DNA of 64,000 nucleotides from Planctomycetota bacterium (lineage in GTDB: Bacteria > Planctomycetota > B15-G4 > SIAN01). Every line of letters starts with the position of its first letter. The stretch's first letter is position 1. Both the position numbers and the translations under genes were made by a program. The stretch lies in the NCBI GenBank assembly GCA_031409275.1, contig JANNXA010000045.1, positions 40,875 to 104,874 of the forward strand. Reading direction: 5' to 3'. Positions 18,409 through 29,514 of this stretch are shown piece by piece. The notes under the pieces are model-generated. The model did no database searches. It was not told the origin of the DNA and saw only the letters and a list, made by a program, of their open reading frames with translations.

Positions 18409-19854
18409 CTACACCTTCAAGTCTTCGAGGCCCGCACGCCCGGTGCGGCGCAACGGCGCGAGCGCAGGCTCGACCTGCTCGGCAAGGAACTCGGTCGCCT
18501 GCTCGCGCGCGCGTCCGACCAATGCTGCGCCCCCGGCGATCGCGGGCAACTGCTCTTTCACGGCGCCAAACGCTGGATCGACCGCAAGTCGCGCGAACAG
18601 ATCGTTGTCCGCCGCGCCGCCCTTCATGCGCTCCGCCGCGGCACGCGCATGGATGCGGATCTGCTCGTGCAGCAACTGGCGATCGCCGCCCGCCTGCACC
18701 GCCCGCATCAGGATCTCCTCGGTCGCCATGAACGGCAGCTCGCGCTGCAAGTGCGCTGCGATGCGCGCCTCGTTCACGATGATCCCTCGGAAGATGCTGT
18801 GGTAGATCCGCAGCACCGCATCCGCCGCGAGGAACGACTCGGCCAGCACGATGCGTCGATTGGCCGAATCATCGAGCGTGCGTTCGAGCCACTGCTGGCC
18901 GGCCGTCTCTGCCGCGTTCGCCGGCAGGTGGATCAAGTAGCGCGCCAGCGACACCATCCGCTCGGCGCGCATCGGATTGCGCTTGTAGGCCATCGCCGAC
19001 GAGCCGATCTGCTTCTCCTCGAACGGCTCCTCGATCTCCTGCTCGTGCGCGAGGAGACGCAGGTCGTTGCCCGCCTTCGCCGCCGATTGGCCGATTCCCG
19101 AGAGGATCGTCAACAGCCGATAGTCGAGCTTGCGCGGATAGGTCTGTCCGCACACCGCGACCGTGGTCGCGAAACCGAGCCGCTTCGCGAATCGGCGATC
19201 GAGCTCCTTGACCTTGGCGTGGTCGCCGTGGAACAGCGTCAGGAAGGAGGCCTGAGTGCCGGTCGTCCCTTTCAGGCCGCGCGCGGGCAGCTCGTCGAGC
19301 AGTCGGTTCAGCTCGGCGAGATCGAAGAGCAGATCCTGCAGCCACAGGCACGCCCGCTTGCCGACCGTGGTCGGTTGCGCCGGCTGGAAGTGCGTGTAGC
19401 CGAGCGTCGGAATCGACTGCGTCCGGGCCACGAAGGCGGCGAGCTGCTCCATCACCTGGACGAGCGAGTCGCGCAGCAACAGCAGCGCGCGCTTCATCAC
19501 CACGAGGTCGGCGTTGTCGGTCACCGTGCACGACGTCGCGCCGAGATGGAGGAACGGCTGGGCCGGCGGATGCAGCTCGGCGAATGCGTGCAGGTGCGCC
19601 ATCACATCGTGGCGCAACTCCTGTTCGAGCGCCGCCGCGCGGGCGAGGTCGATCTCGTCGATGCGCTTCTCGAGCGCGTCGATGTCGCGCCCCGGCAGGT
19701 CGAGGCCGAGCTCGAGCTGCGTGCGCGCCAGCGCGATCCAGATCTCGCGCCACAGTCGTGCCCGCGCGCGATCGGAGAAGAGCTCCTGCATCGCTTTGCT
19801 GGTGTAGCGCGACGACAACGGGCTGCGCCACAACGCACCGGCCGGCTCCGCCAT
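18409..19854 (-). CDS. purB: Adenylosuccinate lyase
   Basis: SPLSSRY, RHDVMAH, HLGATS, GYTHFQPAQ, SSAMAYKRNP signature. Confidence 0.95.
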   Translation of the reverse strand: MAEPAGALWRSPLSSRYTSKAMQELFSDRARARLWREIWIALARTQLELGLDLPGRDIDALEKRIDEIDLARAAALEQELRHDVMAHLHAFAELHPPAQPFLHLGATSCTVTDNADLVVMKRALLLLRDSLVQVMEQLAAFVARTQSIPTLGYTHFQPAQPTTVGKRACLWLQDLLFDLAELNRLLDELPARGLKGTTGTQASFLTLFHGDHAKVKELDRRFAKRLGFATTVAVCGQTYPRKLDYRLLTILSGIGQSAAKAGNDLRLLAHEQEIEEPFEEKQIGSSAMAYKRNPMRAERMVSLARYLIHLPANAAETAGQQWLERTLDDSANRRIVLAESFLAADAVLRIYHSIFRGIIVNEARIAAHLQRELPFMATEEILMRAVQAGGDRQLLHEQIRIHARAAAERMKGGAADNDLFARLAVDPAFGAVKEQLPAIAGGAALVGRAREQATEFLAEQVEPALAPLRRTGRAGLEDLKV

Positions 19855-19902
19855 ACCCCGATCGCTCCCGCCCATCGCCATGCTCCTACGCGCCGCAGCG
19901 TC

Positions 19903-20379
19903 TCAGCGCAGCGGCCCCCACGTGCGAGCGGCATTCAACGCCGCGGCGCACAGGCCAATCGACACGAAGCGCGCCACCGCCGGCCAGAAACGGCCGGGTC
20001 CGCGCACCCCCCACCACAAGCTCAGCACGCCGACGCCGCCGAGCAGATCGACGCAGACGTCGAACGCGTCGGGTGTTCGGCCGGGAGTCCATGACTGATG
20101 CCACTCGTCGACGATCCCGTAGGTCACCGTCAGCACCAGCACGCCGATCAGCGCGTCGCGTGACCAGCCGCCCGCGCGCCGGCAGCTCTCGGCCAGCAGC
20201 AGCGCCAGCGCACCGAACAGGAAGAAGTGCAGCGAATTGGAGACGAAGCCCCAGAACTGCCCGCCGATGCCCGGGAAGCTCTGCGACGAGAGCCACCAGA
20301 TCCAACCAGCGTGGATCGGGACGGCAACGGCCGCGACGATTCGAATCGCGCGGTCAGCGCCGCTTGACGAGCCGGACAC
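19903..20379 (-). CDS. VanZ family membrane protein
   Basis: IWWLSS, HFFLFGAL, YGIVDEWHQSWTPGR..D..D. Confidence 0.85.
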   Translation of the reverse strand: MSGSSSGADRAIRIVAAVAVPIHAGWIWWLSSQSFPGIGGQFWGFVSNSLHFFLFGALALLLAESCRRAGGWSRDALIGVLVLTVTYGIVDEWHQSWTPGRTPDAFDVCVDLLGGVGVLSLWWGVRGPGRFWPAVARFVSIGLCAAALNAARTWGPLR

Positions 20380-20788
20380 GCGTGCCGCCCCCTTCGCGCG
20401 CTTCGAAGCGCACTTCGTCCATGGTGGCGTGGATCAGGAACAGGCCGCGCCCCGATTCGGCGTCCTCGTCCGGGAGGTGTGCCTCCGTACGCGAGTGGCC
20501 GGCGCGCGGCCGGAACGTGCCGCGATCGAGCACGTCGAAGACGAGGCGATCCTCGTGGATGGCGACCTTGAGCTCGATCGCCTGCTGCTGCGCCGCGGCG
20601 CCGCCGTGAAAGCAGGCGTTCATCACGACCTCGTCAAGACCGAGCAGGACCGCCTCGACCTTGTCGTCCGTGAATCCGTGGTCATGGAGCAGGGAACGGA
20701 TCTGGCCGCGCACCAGTCGGACCGCCGCCTCGACCGGTCCGATCCGGAAGTCGATGGCAAGGAGTGCGGGCGCGTCAGGCGAATCCAC
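20354..20788 (-). CDS. Anti-sigma factor/serine kinase, RsbW-like (HATPase_c_2)
   Basis: EVVMNACFHG (N box), VLDRG, ESGRGLFLI, MDEV, GGTRV. Confidence 0.85.
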   Translation of the reverse strand: MDSPDAPALLAIDFRIGPVEAAVRLVRGQIRSLLHDHGFTDDKVEAVLLGLDEVVMNACFHGGAAAQQQAIELKVAIHEDRLVFDVLDRGTFRPRAGHSRTEAHLPDEDAESGRGLFLIHATMDEVRFEAREGGGTRVRLVKRR

Positions 20789-20794
20789 ACCGGG

Positions 20795-20823
20795 ACGTTA
20801 GAGCCTGCCACCAAGAGGGACAA
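20795..20823 (-). promoter_or_regulatory. Putative sigma-70 promoter, possibly producing a leaderless mRNA
   Basis: TTGTCC-N17-TAACGT, with the -10 box 6 nt upstream of GTG 20788. Confidence 0.4.
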
Positions 20824-20838
20824 GGCGCGCCATGACCG

Positions 20839-21732
20839 TCACCGATCGAGGCCCGCTCCCGCGAAGACCAGAGAGAGGTCGAGTGCCGGCGCCGAGTGGG
20901 TCAGCGCGCCGATCGACAGCCGCTCGACGCCTGCCTCGGCGTAGGCGCGGACGTTTCCCAGATGGAGGCCGCCCGACGCCTCGAGGCCGACCTGAGCGCG
21001 CGTGAAACGGCGGCGAATGCGCCGCACCGCCTCGGCGACCTCTGCGGGCGAAAAGTTATCGAGCAGGATCAAGTCGGCACCGGCAGCTGCCGCACGCTCC
21101 GCCTCGTCGCAATCGAACACCTCGACCTGCACCTTCATCCCGGCCGGCGCGTGGTGGCGTGCGGCCGCGATCGACTCCTCGAGCGGTCGCCGTCCCGCCG
21201 GCCATGGCCTCGCATAGGCGAGGTGGTTGCTCTTGATCAGGACCTGGTCCCACAGCCCATGGCGATGGTTGATACCGCCTCCAGCCGCGACCGCCCGCTT
21301 CGCGAACCAACGCAATCCCGGCAAGGTCTTGCGCGTGTCGAGGATCGCGGCACCCGTGCCAGCGACGGCGGCCACGTAGCGCGCGGTCTGCGTCGCGATG
21401 CCTGAGAGGTGCTGCAACAGGTTCAACAGCGTGCGCTCCGCGGCCAGCAGCGCGCGCGCGTTGGCGGCCAGCGTGCCGACCGCCTGACCGGCGACGATCG
21501 CGCTGCCATCGGCGAGTGGCGCATCGAGACGCGCGTTTGGATCGAGCAGTCGCACCACCCGCTCGGCGAGATCGACGCCGCAGATGACGCCTGGCGCCTT
21601 GGCGGTCAGCGTCGCTTCGATCGAAGCTTCGCGCGGCACGAAGCAGTCGGCCGTGACGTCACCGGAACCGAGATCCTCGGCGAGGAAGCGGCGCAGGATC
21701 GAATCGAGATCGGCGGGCGGTGGGAGGCTCAT
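20839..21732 (-). CDS. nadC: Nicotinate-nucleotide diphosphorylase (carboxylating)
   Basis: EDLGSGDVT, ERTLLN, LDTRKTLPG, NHRHGL, LLDNF, EASGG, SIGALTHSA. Confidence 0.95.
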   Translation of the reverse strand: MSLPPPADLDSILRRFLAEDLGSGDVTADCFVPREASIEATLTAKAPGVICGVDLAERVVRLLDPNARLDAPLADGSAIVAGQAVGTLAANARALLAAERTLLNLLQHLSGIATQTARYVAAVAGTGAAILDTRKTLPGLRWFAKRAVAAGGGINHRHGLWDQVLIKSNHLAYARPWPAGRRPLEESIAAARHHAPAGMKVQVEVFDCDEAERAAAAGADLILLDNFSPAEVAEAVRRIRRRFTRAQVGLEASGGLHLGNVRAYAEAGVERLSIGALTHSAPALDLSLVFAGAGLDR

Positions 21733-21738
21733 TGGGGC

Positions 21739-22089
21739 TCAGCGCGCGAAGGTGACGAGCCCCTCCAATGCCGTCGCCACGCGCGGGCCGATGCCGTCGA
21801 CGCGAGCGCACAGCTCCGCGAAATCGGCGAACGGGCCGCCCGCAGCACGCGCGTCGACGATGCGACGTGCCAGCACGGGGCCGATGCCAGGAAGGCGTTC
21901 GAGCGCTCCGACATCGTCATGATTCAAGTCGACGATCGCGGCCGCCGCCACTGCGGAGTAGCTCGCCGTGATCTGATGCGTCTGCAACCGGGCAAGTCCG
22001 ACCGCCGCCAGCAGCAGACCGACGACGGCGAATCCGGTTCGTCCACGTGACGCGACGGCGGCGTCGGTCGGGTCGCCGGCCACGTTCAT
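21739..22089 (-). CDS. ComEA-like helix-hairpin-helix DNA-binding protein
   Basis: TM helix, then VDLN...LERLPGIGPVLARRIVDAR...GPF...RVDGIG. Confidence 0.85.
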   Translation of the reverse strand: MNVAGDPTDAAVASRGRTGFAVVGLLLAAVGLARLQTHQITASYSAVAAAAIVDLNHDDVGALERLPGIGPVLARRIVDARAAGGPFADFAELCARVDGIGPRVATALEGLVTFAR

Positions 22090-23030
22090 CGAGCCGCAGT
22101 GGTCTGGGTGCTGCGCAACGCGCTCGCACGCTGGCGATTGCGGGTGAAGTAGAGGCGGACGACTTCGTCGACGATGGCGTGGAGAGCGCCGCGATCCTGG
22201 AGCGGCCGCGGCGAGTCGTCTCCGTCTCCAAGGCGCGCCGTCAGCGTCGTGCCGTCGAGTTCGAGCGCGACCAGCGTCTCGTCATGGAAGAGGAAGCGCG
22301 TCGAACTACCGGCCACCGCGACCTCGATCTCATCGCTGATGCGCAGGATCTTGCGCTTGAGCTCTCCGGCGAGGTCGACGTCTGGATCGACCGCCGCGAC
22401 TGCTGCCGGAGGGCGGGTCGCCAACGCGCGAGCAGGGGTGCCGTTCGAGTACGCCGGCTCGTTCCCGTGCGTCGCGTTGCCGTTGACGCCGTTGACCCCG
22501 GCCTTGCCGCGGCGCGCACGACGTTCGATGAGCGGATCGACGGGCGAGTCCGAAGCCGGAGGAGCGTCGCGACGCGGCTCCCCTCCGGCGCGGACCACCA
22601 CCAAGCGGTGCTTGCCCTCCTCGGAAAGGAGTCGCGCTTCGAAGAGTTCGATCGACATCGTCGAAAGCTCTTCGCGCGCGCCGAGCAGCGCATCGGTGAA
22701 GCGCGACGCCACGAGCAGCACCCGCGGGGGTCGCTCGAACGTCACGCCTGCCGGCTGGAACAGACGCTCCAACAGGCTCCGCATCCGACGCACTTCAGCG
22801 GCAACGAACCACGCCCGACCGAGCAGTGCCGCGTCTCCTGCGCTCCCCTCCCCGAGAGCGATGACGGGGCGTGCGCTGGCGTCCTGCAACCACAGGTCGA
22901 CGAAAAGCTCCGGGGTGAGCCGGAACCCTTGGTCGAGCAGACGCATTCCCCGCTCGAGATCTTGCGGCCTCTCCGCGAGCGCCCGCATCAACGCGGACAT
23001 CTCCGGGGCCTGCGACTCGGTTTGGAGCAT
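22086..23030 (-). CDS. Hypothetical protein, possibly a degenerate NucS-like PD-(D/E)XK fold
   Basis: LERGMRLLD...VDLWLQDASARPVI...PRVLLVA pattern; no ExK catalytic motif; 4-nt overlap with the comEA-like gene. Confidence 0.5.
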   Translation of the reverse strand: MLQTESQAPEMSALMRALAERPQDLERGMRLLDQGFRLTPELFVDLWLQDASARPVIALGEGSAGDAALLGRAWFVAAEVRRMRSLLERLFQPAGVTFERPPRVLLVASRFTDALLGAREELSTMSIELFEARLLSEEGKHRLVVVRAGGEPRRDAPPASDSPVDPLIERRARRGKAGVNGVNGNATHGNEPAYSNGTPARALATRPPAAVAAVDPDVDLAGELKRKILRISDEIEVAVAGSSTRFLFHDETLVALELDGTTLTARLGDGDDSPRPLQDRGALHAIVDEVVRLYFTRNRQRASALRSTQTTAAR

Positions 23031-23386
23031 GGTCGCGGCCCCTCCCCCTCAAGGACGGCGCACAGCAGTTCCACGGATGCGAGACCGATGCGCGCCTGCA
23101 CCGCCACTTTCCACGGATGCGGCAGATTGTACGACTCGCGATCGCCACCACAATCCCTCGTGTTACAGAGACTTCCCTACTACCACCAGTGACAGTCCCC
23201 CGCACACCGACGACGATTCGCGAGCAGCTCTACTCCAACCGGAGCGCTCTAAGCTCCCCCCAGCGTCAGTCCACGAGCGGCGAGCTTGGACGGTGGAGCG
23301 AACGGCATGGCGCGACGTCAGCGACAACGACAGACGCACTCCTCCACGTCGGGTGACGCGCGCGTCGCCCCGGTCGGGAACTGCTG

Positions 23387-24406
23387 GTGAGCCTGCGACC
23401 GACCTCCCCACTCCGAGTCGAGCGGCGCCTCCTCGATAGCGCGCTGCTTCGTGGCAATCGGCAGGGCGACCCGCACCAGCGGGAGCTGCTCGTGGTCGTG
23501 CCGCCGGGCTACGACGACGACGCTCGCCGCTACCCCGTGCTCTACGTGCTGGCGGGATTCACAGGGTTCGGCGCGACGCTGCTGGCGCGGGCGTGTTGGG
23601 AGGAGGCGATCGACCAGCGACTCGCGCGCCTCTTCCTGCATGGCTGTCCGCCGGCGCTCGTCGTGCTGCCCGACTGCTGCACCCGTCTTGGCGGCTCGCA
23701 GTACGTCGACTCGAGCGCACTCGGCCGCTACGCCTCCCACCTCATCGACGAGGTGATCCCGACGGTCGACGCGCAATTCAAGACCGTGCCGACCGCCGCC
23801 GGCCGCGCGGTCGTCGGCAAGTCGAGCGGCGGCTTCGGAGCGCTCCACCTCGTCCTCACCCATCCCGGCGTGTTCGCCGCCGCGGCCTCGCATAGCGGCG
23901 ACCTCGGGTTCGAGCAGTGCTACCCCCACGACTTTCCGGCGTGCGCCAATGCCGTGGCCCGCGCCGGCGGCATCGAGCCGTTCCTCGCCTCGTTCTTCGC
24001 GAAGCGCAAGCGCGGCAGCGAGGAGTTCGCCGCGATCAGCACGCTGGCGATGGCGGCGGCCTATTCACCGCGCGCCGACCTCGCCGACGGCTTCGAATTG
24101 CCCTTCGACATCACCACTTGCGAGTTGCGATCCGACGTCTTCGACCGCTGGCTCGCGTTCGATCCGGTGCGCCGCGTCGCGGCGGGTGCCGCCTCGCTGC
24201 GCTCGCTGCGCGCGCTGTTCGTCGACTGCGGCAACCGCGACGAGTACCACCTCCACTTCGGCGCGCGCCGCTTCGCGCGCGAGTGCGCCACGCACGGCGT
24301 CGCATTGCGACACGAGGAGTTCGACGACGGTCATCGCGGGACGAGCTGGCGCTACGACACCTCGTTGCCGTTCCTGCTGCAGTCGTTGGCGCAGGCAACC
24401 GCATGA
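23387..24406 (+). CDS. Alpha/beta hydrolase, putative esterase (enterochelin-esterase-like)
   Basis: VVVPPGY, RYPVLYVLAGF, GKSSGG nucleophile, DCGNRDE, FDDGH. Confidence 0.85.
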   Translation: MSLRPTSPLRVERRLLDSALLRGNRQGDPHQRELLVVVPPGYDDDARRYPVLYVLAGFTGFGATLLARACWEEAIDQRLARLFLHGCPPALVVLPDCCTRLGGSQYVDSSALGRYASHLIDEVIPTVDAQFKTVPTAAGRAVVGKSSGGFGALHLVLTHPGVFAAAASHSGDLGFEQCYPHDFPACANAVARAGGIEPFLASFFAKRKRGSEEFAAISTLAMAAAYSPRADLADGFELPFDITTCELRSDVFDRWLAFDPVRRVAAGAASLRSLRALFVDCGNRDEYHLHFGARRFARECATHGVALRHEEFDDGHRGTSWRYDTSLPFLLQSLAQATA

Positions 24407-26332
24407 AGCGCGCCGCTCCGGCGCGCGCTGCCGCACTCTTGGTCGGAGTGGTCGCGCTCGGACTGCTCGCGACGCAGCTGCTGGTGCGCTGGCGCGCGGA
24501 CGGCGTCGCGGCGGGTGACCGCTCGCCGCTCGATCTGCTGGCCAGCGCTTCCGCGCTCGACCGACTCGAGTGGCTCCTCCTGGCGCTGCTGGCGGTGGCG
24601 CGTCTGGCGCGTGCCGCGCTCCCGCGTCGTCGCCTCCTCGAGCCGGCGCTCGACCTGCCGCTGCTCGCGCTGTTGGCCGGCAGCGCCGGAGGATCGCTCT
24701 CCCCGCTCGATCCGGCGCTCCCGCTCACCTATCTGGCGGCGCTCGCGCTTCTGCGCAGCTCCGAGAGCGGCACCGCGACCCCGCGGCGGCTCGCGTGCGA
24801 GCTCCTGCTCGGGGCGACCGCCGGCCATTGGCTGGTGCAGCGACATGAGCGAGCGCTGCTCGACCACGACCTCGCCACCGTCGAACGGAGCGCGGCGCTG
24901 GCGGCTGCAGCGATTGCCGACGACGGCCGGCGCGCGCTCGCCACCGTGGCCGACAGCCTCGCGGCCCTCGATCCGCGCGAGGAGCTCGCTCCGTTGCAGG
25001 CTTCGCTCGTCGATCGCGACCTCGCGCTGCAGCAATTCCTCGCGGTGCTCGGCAGCGACGCGCCGCTCGACGAGGAGAGGCTCGCCACCGCCCGCATTGC
25101 GCTCCAGCTCGCCGAGGAGCAGGCGACCGATCGCTGGTTCGTCGGCCGCGAGGCGTTGCGCTCGGCCACGGACGATCCTCGGCAACGCAGCGCGATCGAG
25201 TCGCTCGATCTGCTGCGAGAGAGCGGCGCCAACTTGCGCGACGAGCTGCAGAAGCGCGCCGAGGAGCTCGAGCGCTCGCTGCTGCTGCTGACGCAACGCG
25301 CGGCGGCCCACGCAACCTTCCTGCGCGATTCGCTCTGGCGGCGTGCGGCGCTGCTCGCCGCGCTGCTCGCATGCGCCGGCGTGATCGTGCTCTTGCGCGA
25401 ACGGATGGAGGGAGCGGTCCGCGACGCCGAGGAGCGACGGGCGCAGCGCGAGATCCAGCTCGCCGCGCAGGAGAAGGAGCACTGGATCGCGGTCACCGCC
25501 GGTCTCACCCATGGGCTCGGCAATGACATCGTCGCGTACGACGCGTGGCTCTGCGAGGCGAGTCGCCTGCTCGCGCCGCCCGCCGCCGCGCCGCCACGCG
25601 CCCGCGACCTGATCGCCGCGGTCGCTGCGAGCAACCGCGGCCGCCTCGCCTTCCTGCAGTTCCTCGACGCGCTCGCTCATCAACGGCAGTCGGCCGCGGG
25701 CGACGCTCCCCCGCTGCCGTTCACGCCGATCGCGTTGGCGCCGCTGCTGAACGAGACGCGGCGCAAGGTCGCCGAGGTGGAGAGCGCCGACCTGCCCCCC
25801 GCCGGCAGCGACCCCGTGGTCGATCGCCGCCGCCGCCAGCTCACCGAGCTGCCGCTCGAGATCGAGGTCGCCACGCCGCGCGCCGCGACGCTGTTGCGCG
25901 GCCAACGCGGCGCCGTCGAGTTCTTCGCCTACGAGCTGGTCAAGAACGCGCTGCGCAGCGCCACCGGTCGCGAACCGCTGCGGGCGCGACTCGACTGGCG
26001 CGCGGGCGTGTTGACGCTCGCGCTCGAAAACGATGTCGAGGTCGACGCGCTCGACGGCACCTGTCCGCGTTGCGGAACCGCGGGCAAGTTGCGTCGAATC
26101 CGGCGACGCCGCGACGCGGCACCGAGCTGCGCCGGCTGTTTCGCGGCCGCCTTCGCGGAACTGCTGGAGCAGAGCTTCGCGCCCGGCAAAGGGGCGGGCA
26201 CCGGGCTCGGCCTCTTCCTGATCCGCTACTTTCTGCGCACCTTCTGGAACGGCACGCTCACCGCGGAAGTGGTCAGCTCCGATCCAGCGCGCGTGGCCTT
26301 CACCCTGACGCTCCCCGACCCCGATCCCCCCG

Positions 26333-27936
<1,604 letters not shown>

Positions 27937-27940
<4 letters not shown>

Positions 27941-29484
27941 ACCTGGGGCTGCGCTCCATCGGCTCCGCGCTGCTGGTCGCGGCGCTTGGCGCCTCGTGGA
28001 ACAGTGGTGAGCCGGCGACGACGCCGCGGTCGCGGGAAGCGCTGCTGCTCGAGCGCAAGATCGAGGTGCGCCAGGTCTTCGTGCGCGAGCCGCTGCGCGC
28101 CGCCCGCCGAGCCGCGATCGGGCAAGCCGTCGCCGAGGCCGCAGCATTCCGGGAGCTCGGCGATCGGACCGGCGAAATGGCCGCGCTGACTCGCGCCGCT
28201 CGCCAGGTCGACGAGCGCGCGGACGATCCGTGGAACGAAGCATGCGGCGCGCTCGTCCCACGATTCGATTGCCACCTGATCGAAGGGAGCCGCCGCCTGA
28301 CCGTGCGATTCGAATGGCTCTATCCACCCGCCAACCTGCCGAGCGAAGCGTGCGCGCTCGAAGTGGAGCTGGCCAGCGCGCCGCCCCTTGCCGTCGGCGC
28401 CACCCCCCAGCGCGTGGCGCGTCTCGCCGAACGCGGCAACGTGGTGCTCGATCCAACGGCGCCGCCACCGCCGATCGAACTCGCGTTCGACGGCACACGA
28501 GCAGGCTCCTTTCAGCTCACGGTGACGCTGCGCGACGCGACCGGGGACCGCCACCGCGTCGACCACACCGCACCGATCGCCTTCGCCGACGGATGGTCGG
28601 AGCGAGTTGCCGCGCTCGAGGAGCGGCGGCTCGAGCTGGCGGCGCGCGCGGTCGCGACCGCCGATCGGGGAGCCGCCCACGCCTGCAACGTCGCCGCCCT
28701 TCCGGCCGACTTGTTGGCGCAGGTCGTCGCCGGAAAGCGGGAGTGGTCCGAGTCGCTCCTCGAAATCGAATGGACGCGTGCGGAGGAGCTGCTGGCCGAC
28801 GTCGAGCGCGGCGCGCCGCCCCCCATCGATCGCGGCTGGGTCCGCTGCGTGGAGCGTCTGCCCTCCACTGGCGAGCTGCTGCCATGGCTGCTCTACCTGC
28901 CTTCCGCCTGCGTCACGAACGCGGAAGAGGCGCGGCCGCTGCTCGTCGCGCTGCATGGCCTCGGCGTTCGCGAGGAGAGCTGGTTGCGCTACGGCGACGG
29001 CGCGCTCACGCGCGAGGCGGAGCGGCGCGGAATGGTGGTGGCCGTCCCCCACGGTTGGCGGGTCGACAGCTTCTACGTCGGACCGGGTGAAGAGGACGTG
29101 CTGCACGTGATCGATGCCGCGCTCGAGCGCGCGCGCATCGATCGCGATCGGATCAGCCTGATCGGCCACTCGATGGGCGCGTTCGGGACGCTGCGGATCG
29201 GCAGCCGCCACGCCGACCGGTTCGCCGCGCAAGTCGCCATCGCCGGCGGCGGCAACCTCGACTGGATCGACGGCGCGCGCGACCTGCCGACGCTGCTCGT
29301 CCACGGCGACGCCGACGAGGTCGTCCCCGTCGGCCTTTCGCGCGCGCTGGCAAGTGTGGCGAAGGCGCGCGGCCTCCCGTGGCGATACTGGGAGATCCCT
29401 GGCGCGCGCCACGTCGAAGTGGTGGCGCAGTCGCTGCCCGAAGTGCTCGACTTCTGCATGTCCGCGCGTCGCCTGGTGCGCTGA
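27937..29484 (+). CDS. Secreted alpha/beta hydrolase (peptidase/esterase)
   Basis: PLLVALHG, DRISLIGHSMG, VHGDADEVVP, PGARH catalytic triad motifs. Confidence 0.75.
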
Positions 29485-29514
29485 CCGTTCACTCGTTCGC
29501 GTTCGGAGGATCGC

